Source: Naegleria gruberi
Taxonomy: Eukaryota
Reading direction: 5' to 3' (one strand)
Assembly: GCA_000004985.1 (NCBI GenBank)
Contig: GG738859.1
DNA: 64,000 nt
Shown piece after piece: positions 52,911-62,935 of the stretch; the first letter of the stretch is position 1, and each line of letters opens with the position of its first letter. The position numbers were made by a program, and so were the translations under genes. The notes beneath the pieces were generated by a model. The model was given only the letters and a program-made list of their open reading frames with translations. It had not been told where the DNA came from and searched no databases.

Positions 52911-53924
52911 TTATACTAATACTCTGGAATGCTCTTTCGTTTCAGTATCATATTTGATCATGGCAATTTCCTTACTTTTTGGATAGTTGCCAGAGGTGAA
53001 ACTCAAACAGTTACCCACAATTGAGGAGCAGTACACACCTTTCGAGGAATCCACTGAGCTATGGAAGTGTCCATGGAATGTGGCAGCTGGTTCATGCTTT
53101 TCAATAAATCTTCTAAGTGCAATTGATCCACAATGGAAATCACTGATATTATCACAGCATGTATCTTTTGGAGGCATGTGACAGATCCATATTTGATTCT
53201 TACAATTTTCTTTAGAAAATGAATACCTCTCCTCAATTCTTTCCAATTCTCTTTCAATAGAAAAGGCCTTCACCAATTCACTATCATTTACATCAAATTT
53301 GAAATGATAAAATCCTTCCTTTCCTCTAAAATGTGAATCCTCACTTGGATTCTCCTCCAACAATTGTCGAGTATTTGCATATTCATTATTGAGAATAATA
53401 TCATGGAGTTGCTGAGCATCAAAAGTAGTATATCCTTTCGTTCTTATCACATAAGAATCAACATTCTGAGCCAAAGTATCCTTCACATCCTTTGTATCAA
53501 ATCTCTCAAAATCCTTCTTATGTCCCTTCATGAAAACAATCGATGAGTAGGCCATTATTTCCAAATCATCATTCACTCTCATCATTTCATTATACAACAC
53601 TACAATATTTGTCTCTTTTGTTTTTTCCTTCATAAACTCAACATCGGAATATAAATCAGCATTTCCAAAGCAAACATACACCTTTCCATGCTTGAATTGC
53701 TTCAATATTGGAAGTAGTTTGTCCTCAAAATAGACTCGATGCTTATCAATTCCCTTGTTACTATCGAGATGGGAATATTCATCTAAATTGGATTCCTTCT
53801 TATTCTTCAAATATAAATCACCTCCGATAATAACAGCATCCATCTGATGATCATTTGCATAATTGATCAATTTTTGATATTGGGTAAGATTGCCGTGTAG
53901 ATCTGAGGAGAAGAGTAATTTCAT
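52911..53924 (-). CDS. calcineurin-like metallophosphoesterase, 337 aa
   Basis: ATG at 53922-53924 after an A8 run. The N-terminal motifs are DLHGN and GGDLY, followed by GNAD (VCFGNADLY), with later His-containing motifs (CHMPP, HGHFH). Confidence 0.7.
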   Translation of the reverse strand: MKLLFSSDLHGNLTQYQKLINYANDHQMDAVIIGGDLYLKNKKESNLDEYSHLDSNKGIDKHRVYFEDKLLPILKQFKHGKVYVCFGNADLYSDVEFMKEKTKETNIVVLYNEMMRVNDDLEIMAYSSIVFMKGHKKDFERFDTKDVKDTLAQNVDSYVIRTKGYTTFDAQQLHDIILNNEYANTRQLLEENPSEDSHFRGKEGFYHFKFDVNDSELVKAFSIERELERIEERYSFSKENCKNQIWICHMPPKDTCCDNISDFHCGSIALRRFIEKHEPAATFHGHFHSSVDSSKGVYCSSIVGNCLSFTSGNYPKSKEIAMIKYDTETKEHSRVLV

Positions 53925-54021
53925 TTTTTTTGAATTGATTTTTAAAATATTCTTTACAATGATTGTAATGTTCCATGTTCACAAGTTTATTAGTGACCGG
54001 TATTTAAATAGTTTGTAAATT

Positions 54022-57000
54022 TTAAATTGTAGGAGGGTTTACATTTTCGAAAGATTCAAATGCTACAATTTCATCCATAACAAGCCAATAAAATGTAATA
54101 CCAAAGAAATCTCTCATTTTCCTCTTCTTATTGTCATTTCTTACAGCAATATAGAAAACTGTGGCAACTGCTTGTCTTGGAAATACTTTACTCTCATAGT
54201 CGTCCAATACTTCAACTGCCTTGTCATGATAATATTTGGTGAAATGTTTAACAATTTCACTAATTTCCAATTTTAGTTTGTAATGGTTCTTTCCACATCT
54301 GACCTCTAATTCCTTTGTATTGAAAAATCCTCCTAATAATTCAACTTCTGATGAGACAAAGTATTGTTGCATGAGCTTTCTCAAATCTGATTTGTACTCT
54401 TCATAAATTTCTAATGCTGCATTGTAGGCGTGCATTATATTTTCATCAAAATAATCCCAGTCGTCATCTATGAGCATTGTTTTGAGATTAGGAAGTTTGA
54501 TAAAGACAGCATCTAAAATTTCAAGATGAGGATCCAGTTTTATCTCTTGAATAGAATCTAGAATGCCAAGCTTTTTTCCGTGAACTGTTTTTTCAAAAAA
54601 GACAGCCTTATCATAAATACTTCCAATAACATCTTCAGAGTGATATGTTTTCTTACCAAAAACTCTTGGCATATAGTGAGGTCTACTGTTGGAGAAAAGT
54701 TCAGTAGGAAGTGGTTTTCTGACACCAGTTTTGGCATAGTCAACTTGATAACTGTGGTGTTTGGCCAATTTCAAACAAGGTTCACTTCTTAGCCCATCCC
54801 CCTCCTTATCGTAATGTTCCAAATGCAAGAATGCAACAACACCAAGGTTGTCATTAATAATGTACTCTGTTAAGAATTCTCTAATAACTCGATAGTCACA
54901 TCCGTCGTGCTTTTCTTCAGGTGGAAGTCCCTCATAATTCATTGGGGGATATTCCTCAAAATTAACTAGGAGTGGATCCCAAAATACTTGGAAAAAGTCG
55001 CCGTCATAGTCGCCTCCACTCATTTTGTTAGCTGCAGGTCTATTGCCTTTTTGGCTGAATACAATTACATCTCTAAGGTGTGATAATTTGCTAATCTTTT
55101 CTGGATCTGTAACAGCTTTGAACTTTCTAATGTCACCAGGGTGAAGGCATGGTGATCTTGTAATTGCTACAGTTCCACTCAAAGTGCCACCATTCACAAA
55201 ACAATTGTCATCATAAAGATCAGAGTCAGAGTTTTCCAATTCAGAAAGTTGGATAAATACTTCATCCTCTTCCAACACTCCATAAAAGTCCACAACTCCC
55301 ATCAATAAAAGAGCCTTGTCAAGAATAATTCTACCATTCTTGAGATCATTCAATCTGTTTCTGATCAAACTATCCTTGATATTGCAAAATACTGGTTCTA
55401 TTTGGTAAAAGAATTTAATGTCCTCTCCCGATTGCACAACTTTAGAAAAGTCGTATTGAGAATCCAAATAGTTGAGAGAGGCCACTTTCTTCATATTCTT
55501 TCCAACGATATTATCTTGTGATTTTCTCAACACTCTCCTCATATACTTCTTATCATTAAATAACTTTTTGATTTCTTCAAGATCTCTATCGAGTAGTTGT
55601 AAAAATACCGAATCTGATACCTTATTGGAACTCAATAAAGCAATCAATTGTCTATTCAAACTAGCAAATCTATTTCTTTTCGAGTAAGTAATCAGTTCAA
55701 ACTCGCTACTGGAGGAATCTATGAACTTTTCCTGACTCTTAGATAGGAGAAGATCCAAATCTGAATATAAATGAATATCAGGATCTACAACAACAACTCC
55801 CTTCAACCCTCCCATACGAAATTGGAATGCTGATGGTATGTATTCTTTGCCAGCAAATGAGATTTGGAATTTCTTGGTTAATTCTACAGCAAATTCTAGT
55901 GATATTCTTCCTACACCATCTGTAAACACATAATTGTTTCTGGTAATGTCTGGAATAATTTCATACTCTTTTGAGATGCCTTCATACGTGTGTGAAAAGC
56001 ATTGTCCAATTCTTGCTGCATACCTTGCTTTAACTTTGATATGAGAAAAATTACCAAGAGAATTGATAATATTTCTTGGGGTGAAACTTCCATTCGAATA
56101 AACGAACCAAGAACTGGAACATTGTTAGAAATGTTTGAAATAATATAAGACGTACCTGTGGGCTCTAAGTTGACTGGTAGAATAAGCAAGCATTTCATAT
56201 TTTCTGTTAAAAACTAGAAGGCCCTTCTTTAGCACAATCTCAATTCTCTCATGCAAGTTTGTAAATTTTTCAGCACTAAGTTTATGAAGATCTTCATCGC
56301 AGAATGTGATTCTCAAAAAGTGATCTTCATTCTTTTCCTTATATTTTCTCAAAACTCTATTACCACCCTCAACTGATTTGTCAAAAAATCTCCAACCTGT
56401 TGGTGTAATCATTACTTTACGAATATTGAAAAAGTTTGTATCAAAATCAATGAATGCCGTGTCATTATGTTTCAATTTTTGATCAGCTAACCGTTGATTG
56501 AAATGTTCTAGGAATTCAGATGGATAGATGTTTTTCTCATTCAATACTTCTCTCATGGCACGGTCAACCATTTCATAGTCATGATCTTTGTTAATATATC
56601 TTGTAATAGTGTCCACTATTGCTTCCAATCTTTCTCTATTGTGTAGAATTCCTGGTATCTTAGTATCTAAGCAAAACAGCAAATATACTGTATTGAAGGA
56701 AAAATTATGAAACAATGGAAAGTCCAAGCTTTCATCATATTGGAATGTATCGATTTGCTTCCTTTTGATTTTCTTATCTCTCATTACCAAAGGATATGGA
56801 TAATTATGACCCTTCAGTAGGGAACTCACATCAGATGAAACAGTGAGCAGTAGAGATCTACCCCATCTGAAATTGTTCAACCACATGGATGATATGCTAT
56901 CTTGTTGTGAATAGTCAGGAGCTGCCATTCTTGTACGAAATGCTTCATCAGGCCTCTTACGGTAGATGAATGGCACATTTCTAAGTTCAATGGCTAATTC

Positions 57001-58068
57001 TGTGACACCAACAATAACACGTCTCACATTCTCTCGCTTAATGTCCATCCAATAGTCATGATTAGAGTTGAATGTTGCTTGTAATTTAATATCACCAGTT
57101 GCAGACCAGTATACTAATGATACCTTTCTCTCCAATAATCCATGTCCTACTTGTTCCTTATTTACACATAAAAATGTTTCATGCTTATTGTCATCAAAAT
57201 TACCAATCTCCATATTTATCCAGTTTAACTCCACTGACCCATACTCCACTAAATCATTGGGTTTTTCAGATTTGGTTGTTGATTTTGATGATGTTACACT
57301 TTCTTCAATTATTACAGGTGGTCCAATAATCTGCACAGGTTGTTTCTTCTTTTCTTTGGCCTTATCCTTCTTTTGAGTTGGTTCCTTCTTTTCCTTTGGT
57401 TTTAGACTGGGAAAGTTATTTTCATTATCAAGGGCCACAGGTTTTGGTGGCTGATTGACAATTACAGGTTGATGAATATTGGTAACTGGTGGATTGTGAA
57501 TTCTATCATTATCATTCCTCCTATAATTGTTATTTCCTCCTTTATAATTATTATTGTCTCCTCTTTGCTCTTTATATTCTCGATTATTATTATTTCCTGA
57601 ATATTCCCTATGCTTACTCGATTTATCATTGTTATCATTGAAATTATTATTATTATTGTAATTATTATTTCCTCTATATTCTCTATTGTTGTTGCCATTA
57701 CGCGAGTATCTATCATTATTATCATTGTAATTCTTCTGATAATTATTATTGTAATTGTAATTATTATTTTGATAATAGCGATTAGGAGGAGGCTTCTTGC
57801 TATTATCATAACTGCTACCATTACTCGGATTGATTAAATCACCAGTAGTATTATTAATTATATAATTTCTCGCTTTGTTTTGTTGATAAAAAGCCTTTTT
57901 CTGAGATGATTCGGAAACATGTTCCTCTGAATCATTAATTATTAATTCCTCTTCATTATGATGAGAACTACTACTACTACTACTACTTGCTCCACCATTC
58001 CTAGTACTACTTGCTCCTCTATAAATCTGATAATGTTGCTGATTTGTCTTTTGATTGGGATTAAACAT
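54022..58068 (-). CDS. eukaryotic cellular RNA-dependent RNA polymerase (RDR family, RNAi pathway); 2 exons, ~1334 aa
   Basis: On the minus strand the exons are 56156-58068 and 54022-56113, with a 42-nt intron (GTACGT donor, ccag acceptor) and consistent phase. The catalytic signature SGGDYDGDFFQVFWD is the DxDGD motif of the RDR double-psi barrel. An extended RdRP core follows. The first ~200 aa are an N/Y/R-rich low-complexity region. Confidence 0.9.
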
Positions 58069-58665
58069 TTTTTTTATCTATTGAGCTTCAATTATCTTGT
58101 TGTTTCTTTGTCTTTGGATTATTGGACTAACGATATCATTTGTTTGGTTGATGTACAGTGTGGTAATTTGGATTTGTAAATCTTATAACAATGAGACAAC
58201 AAGCTGAAATAAATAATCACTCGATTTACTCCTTACCAAAGATTATTGAGTATAACAGTATAAGGGAGAGGTGGGAATGATGCAGTGTAAGTTATTTCTT
58301 CTTTGGAGTTTGGTTCTTTTTCATTCAACTTGATATTCGAATAATTGTTTGAGTCCTCAATACCATAACACATGGAAGAGAATTGCTTATTTATGTCACC
58401 AGTAACACAATGATGACAGCAAGGTGGCTTTGAACTTAATGCAATTGCTTGTTGATGTGTTTTGAAGCTATGGGAGTACTTGTAATCTCAAAATGGTACC
58501 TAACCCTAAATGGAAAAGATTGCAAAAAAGTGTTTTCTTATTTCTAAAAACAACTAATAAAGGACAACTGTTGATTATCTCCAACAATAATTGCGAGGAA
58601 GTTACGTTTGTTGCAACAATCAAGAAACATCAATCTCAAAAACAAACTAGAAAAAACAACAGAGA
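58069..58665. promoter_or_regulatory. 597-bp divergent intergenic region between RdRP and 7TM-RGS genes
   Basis: It has no convincing ORF; the track ORF at 58493-58756 starts with TTG and has poor composition. Confidence 0.3.
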
Positions 58666-60390
58666 ATGTCACTCACTGTTTATTCGAAACCATCATCATT
58701 ATTCGAAATTAATGAAATACTTAATACAGTTTCCTCCCTTTATGCTTCATCTTTAAATTCTACAACTAACACCTCAATGATACCATGTGATTTGCGGATT
58801 TTTGAAATGTCATACCTCTCAACAAAACCCAACATGACAGCACAAGATTATAACAATATTTGCCCCGACACAATATTCGTTCCAATAGTTGCATGGATTG
58901 AAATTGCAATCTTCATTCCCTTATTTCTTCTCTCATTTATTGGAATTATTTGGAAGAGAAAAAGTGGACACATACAGGCGAGGAATCTCTCTTGTCTAAT
59001 TCCCATACTCATTGCTTCCTTTTTCTCAACCATCTTCCCATCATTGAGGTGGGCCTTAGGGAGAGATCTCTTTCCGTGTGGTGTTTTAATTTTTATATTA
59101 TTTCACACGTCGTGGGCAATGATTCTACCGCCAATACTTAATATGTTTTCCTTTATTGTGAGACATGCCTTGTACAGGTTATTGACTGGGAATTTTAAGG
59201 ATTTGAGTGATCAGTTGGGAATGGATAGGAATTCATTAAAATTAGATGTTAAAAAACTTTCGAATACGATGGAGGAAATGCAACACGCAGCCGAGTCGGT
59301 CATGCAAAATTCGACATCGATAGGATCTGTCAGCACTTTGCAATCAAATTCCGATCTAACAGCCACAAAAAGCAAATCAAAAAGTGCTGATTTAGTGAGT
59401 ACTATTGGCTCTTTGGATTTTACTCCAAATGAAGTGAGATTATTCAAATTTTACAAGTTTTTATTAAGTGCCAAATTTCGAGTACTGACCTATTTGATTT
59501 GTTTTGTGATTCACATATCGTTGTGGTTGATTTTGGGCTTAATTCAATTGACCAATCCTGAGTCTGCCTCTCCATATTACAATACTGGAATTAACAATTT
59601 TTTTGGAGCTTGTACGATGCATTCAGGAACAGTGGCAGTTTTCTGTGGATTATTTGCATCTTACTTGGCTGCTCTGGTTGTCCTGCTCTTGATTTCCTTC
59701 TTCTTGGAGAAGGATACATGGGGAATCAAAATAGAAACTTCAGTAATGAGCATTCTCCTCCTCATTGCTGTCATTAATTATCTTGTCTGTCCATACATTA
59801 CCATTATAAGAACTTATACTGATTATTTCTTTCCGTATGGTCAATCGATGGTTATGTATTCCATCATTCAACTCTTTGTTTTTGTAACCATTCCACTGTG
59901 CAGATCCATAAAAGGAGATGGGATATTTCCAGAGGAAATTGCTTCCACAATGTTCGAAAGAATTCTCCTCAATAAGGAAACTTTCAAAATAGCCCTCGAT
60001 TTCAGCAGGAGATCCTACTGTTCAGAACCAGTCCTATGTTTCGACAATATTGAAAATTATAAGAAAGCTCGAAGAAAATCAAACAAGCTCAAAATTGCAC
60101 TTCACATTCTCAATACCCATCTGAAGAAAGGTGCTCCACTCGAGTTGAATATTGACAAGATTGAGGAACGATTCAAATCACTCCAAGAGAACATTTCCAA
60201 TCAGGATGAGAAGAAAATTGATGAAGAAGTTGGATTGTTGAGAATTCACTGTTTACAAGACATGTCTGAAATGATGTATCGATTGATTTTGAGTGATAAG
60301 GTAGTTAAAGAGGTGGCAATGATGAATTCTGGTAAAATTCCAGTGGATTCACTAAATTCACCAGTTTCGTCTGAACTTTCTAATGTTTAA
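58666..60390 (+). CDS. seven-transmembrane protein with C-terminal RGS (regulator of G-protein signalling) domain (AtRGS1-type architecture), 574 aa
   Basis: ATG at 58666. There are seven hydrophobic helices between residues ~70 and 400. The C-terminal RGS box is FKIALDFSRRSYCSEPVLCFDNIENYKK...ILNTHLKKGAPLELNIDKIEERF...MMYRLILSDKV (compare RGS4 [25 protein letters not shown]...EVNLD...DSYRRFLKS). Confidence 0.7.
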   Translation: MSLTVYSKPSSLFEINEILNTVSSLYASSLNSTTNTSMIPCDLRIFEMSYLSTKPNMTAQDYNNICPDTIFVPIVAWIEIAIFIPLFLLSFIGIIWKRKSGHIQARNLSCLIPILIASFFSTIFPSLRWALGRDLFPCGVLIFILFHTSWAMILPPILNMFSFIVRHALYRLLTGNFKDLSDQLGMDRNSLKLDVKKLSNTMEEMQHAAESVMQNSTSIGSVSTLQSNSDLTATKSKSKSADLVSTIGSLDFTPNEVRLFKFYKFLLSAKFRVLTYLICFVIHISLWLILGLIQLTNPESASPYYNTGINNFFGACTMHSGTVAVFCGLFASYLAALVVLLLISFFLEKDTWGIKIETSVMSILLLIAVINYLVCPYITIIRTYTDYFFPYGQSMVMYSIIQLFVFVTIPLCRSIKGDGIFPEEIASTMFERILLNKETFKIALDFSRRSYCSEPVLCFDNIENYKKARRKSNKLKIALHILNTHLKKGAPLELNIDKIEERFKSLQENISNQDEKKIDEEVGLLRIHCLQDMSEMMYRLILSDKVVKEVAMMNSGKIPVDSLNSPVSSELSNV

Positions 60391-60407
60391 TTTTGAGATT
60401 GAACAAA

Positions 60408-62807
60408 ATGTCACAAAGTGCCAACTTAAGAAAGTGTACCAGAAATGTTTCAATTTGTGGTGAATACGCGAGCGGAAAATCGACTCTCGCCCAATTACTA
60501 ATCAACCATGATTTAACAAACAATGTAAAAACACAAATTCTATTCGAAAGTACTTTCCAATCACAATTATATTCTACAAGTAAAAAATTAAATTCCTCTG
60601 ATCATCAAGAATATTCCATCAATTTATTGGATTGTCCTGGTAGGTTAGAATTAGTCTCCCAAGTCAGCACAAGTTTCAGATTGACCGATAGTTGCATAAT
60701 GTTATTCGATTCCACTTCAAAACTGGGGAAATATACAGAATTAATTACGAGACAAATTTCACAAGAGAATATTCCTCTTCTTATAATGTTAAACAAATTG
60801 GACGACTTGTTGATGGATTGCGATTTTAGTTTGGAAGAAATTTACAAATTATTATTGAAAATTATTGATTCGGTCAACTTGATGATTAGTACAAGTTGTA
60901 GTGATGTGAGTGGTGGTAAATTGAGTTTGGAAAATGTGGTGTTTGGATCTGTCAAGCAGGGATGGGCATTTACATTGAAAGATTTTGCCAAGTTTTATTC
61001 GAAACAATTAGGAATGAATCAAGAAGAATTGGTAGAGAAATTGTGGGGTGATTATTATTATGACACAGAAAATGGCCAATGGATGAATCAATCGAATGAA
61101 AATGTATTAGAAAGGGGGTTCTGTCAATTTATTTTGAAACCTATTCGAAATGTCTTATTGGCTTGTGGCGATTCACATTTTCATCAAGTAGAAGAATTGC
61201 TAAATCCTTTTGGAGTAACTCTTTCAGAATATGATGACCATTCAAAGAAAGAATTAACCAATTCAATCATCATGCAGAAATGGTTGCCAGCCAGTGATTC
61301 AATCCATGACTTGATTTGTAATAGTTTACCTTCTCCTGAAATGGCTCAACAATACAGAGCTCAAAATCTCTATTCTGGTTTACTTTCCGATAAATTTGGG
61401 TCAGCAATCAAGAATTGTGATCCAAATGGTCCTTTAATGATTCACATTTCTTCAAACAACATTGTAAATGGAAAGATTTATGCAGTGGGTAGAATATTTT
61501 CAGGATCTTTGAAATCAGACACATTAATTAGAATATTTTATTCAAAGGATGTATTTGAGGAAAAAGTGCTTGGTGGAATGGTAAATTTCAATGGTTTACT
61601 TGTTGAACCAATTGAAGAGGCAAGTTGTGAATTCAATTCGATTGTTGGACTGGTTGGAATTGAAAAGTATCTAACAAACAAGGGAGCTACCATTACTGAG
61701 AGCACAGAATTGGAAGCTAAATCATTTACTAGTGTGAATTCTCTCAATTTTCCAAAGATTAATATTTATGTGGAACCTAAAAAACAAGTTAATCTTCCTA
61801 AAATCATCAAAGGAATGGAACTGATTGCCAAATGTGATTCTTCAATTTCCCTATCTTTGGATGAAGAAACTGGAGAGAAAATACTAACAATATTGACTGA
61901 ATCTCATTTGAATTCAGTGCTAGATCAATTCCAACAACTATATCCAAATATTGAACTTGAATTGTCTGAACCAATATTAAAATATCAAGAAACTGTAACA
62001 ACTGAATCAGCCAATATAACGTTTGTGAAAACTCCAAACAAGCACAATAGATTATGGCTCACAGCTAAAACTCTCCAAGAAGAGATATCCAATTATATTG
62101 AATCAGGAAAATTACCAGAAGATTCTACGGAAAGAGCCAGAGTATTGAACGAGAGGTTTGGATGGGATCCTCTGGATGCCAGAAAGATTTGGTCATTCGG
62201 TAGAGATACTACTAGAAATATTGGAGCCAATGCAAATGCATTCGTCGATCAGACAAAAGGAGTTCAATACTTGAATGAGATTAGGGATTCGATTTGTCTT
62301 GGTTTCCATATTGCTGCACAAGAAGGTCCTTTATGCAATGAATTAATGCGAGGTGTTCGTTTCAATCTCAAAGATGTGACCCTGCATTGTGATGCTCTTC
62401 GTAGATCAACTGGGCAAATATCATCAGTAGCAAAGAGAGGTTGTTACGCCTCCATGTTAGATGCACAACCAACCCTAATGGAACCAACATTATTAATGGA
62501 ATTTAAATGTGGACAATCTCAATTGGGAACTCTCTTTTCAATTCTCAATGAAAGGAGAGGAATTGTGTTGGAACAGGAAAATTTCAAATCTTCAACCTTT
62601 GGAAAAGCTTATTTACCAGTTTCGGAATCGTTCGGAGTTGTGGACCATTTGAATAAGCTAAATATTTCTTCTCAATTCATTTTCGATCATTGGAAACCAA
62701 TTACTGCAAACTCAACTCGATTATTAGAAATTGTGAATAGAATTCGTCTCAGAAAAGGACTGCCCGAACAAGTTCCCACCTACACCGAACTAGTAGATAA
62801 ATTATAA
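60408..62807 (+). CDS. divergent elongation factor 2 (EF-2/EF-G superfamily) paralog with altered GTPase and diphthamide sites, 799 aa
   Basis: ATG at 60408 (the track start at 60393 is a TTG). It is collinear with eEF2 over the full length, for example KTPNKHNRLWLTAK, ARKIWSFG, TKGVQYLNEIRDSICLGFHIAAQEGPLCNELMRGVRFNLKDVTLHCDALRRSTGQ, KAYLPVSESFGV, FDHW and the C-terminal YTELVDKL. The G1 motif is GEYASGKST (eEF2 AHVDHGKST). The G3 motif is DCPGR (eEF2 DSPGH). The G4 motif is NKLD. Confidence 0.85.
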   Translation: MSQSANLRKCTRNVSICGEYASGKSTLAQLLINHDLTNNVKTQILFESTFQSQLYSTSKKLNSSDHQEYSINLLDCPGRLELVSQVSTSFRLTDSCIMLFDSTSKLGKYTELITRQISQENIPLLIMLNKLDDLLMDCDFSLEEIYKLLLKIIDSVNLMISTSCSDVSGGKLSLENVVFGSVKQGWAFTLKDFAKFYSKQLGMNQEELVEKLWGDYYYDTENGQWMNQSNENVLERGFCQFILKPIRNVLLACGDSHFHQVEELLNPFGVTLSEYDDHSKKELTNSIIMQKWLPASDSIHDLICNSLPSPEMAQQYRAQNLYSGLLSDKFGSAIKNCDPNGPLMIHISSNNIVNGKIYAVGRIFSGSLKSDTLIRIFYSKDVFEEKVLGGMVNFNGLLVEPIEEASCEFNSIVGLVGIEKYLTNKGATITESTELEAKSFTSVNSLNFPKINIYVEPKKQVNLPKIIKGMELIAKCDSSISLSLDEETGEKILTILTESHLNSVLDQFQQLYPNIELELSEPILKYQETVTTESANITFVKTPNKHNRLWLTAKTLQEEISNYIESGKLPEDSTERARVLNERFGWDPLDARKIWSFGRDTTRNIGANANAFVDQTKGVQYLNEIRDSICLGFHIAAQEGPLCNELMRGVRFNLKDVTLHCDALRRSTGQISSVAKRGCYASMLDAQPTLMEPTLLMEFKCGQSQLGTLFSILNERRGIVLEQENFKSSTFGKAYLPVSESFGVVDHLNKLNISSQFIFDHWKPITANSTRLLEIVNRIRLRKGLPEQVPTYTELVDKL

Positions 62808-62935
62808 CTCTGCCTACAGTTTCATCACAGGAATCTAGGAATGGACAAAGCCACAACAAACAAGAAACACTTTTTTATTCACTAAGACCAAATATTAAGG
62901 ATAATTAAACTGTGAATTGTCTCACTAATCATGCG

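Noticed and set aside
57462-57837. Ile-rich ORFs (57462-57821 -, 57610-57837 +) that look like hydrophobic repeat proteins
   Set aside because: They are other-frame or antisense readings of the AAT/TAT-rich N-terminal low-complexity coding region of the RdRP gene. AAT read out of frame gives ATT/ATA (Ile).
58493-58756. 87-aa ORF upstream of, and overlapping, the 7TM-RGS start
   Set aside because: It starts with TTG, has poor composition, and its frame ends within the real gene's N-terminus. It is most likely 5' leader sequence.
60380-60410. RGS gene and EF2-like gene as one fused ORF
   Set aside because: An in-frame TAA ends the RGS ORF. The only GT...AG pair in the 17-nt gap would give a 13-nt intron, far below the 39-nt minimum seen here. 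They are treated as separate cistrons, though co-transcription remains possible.
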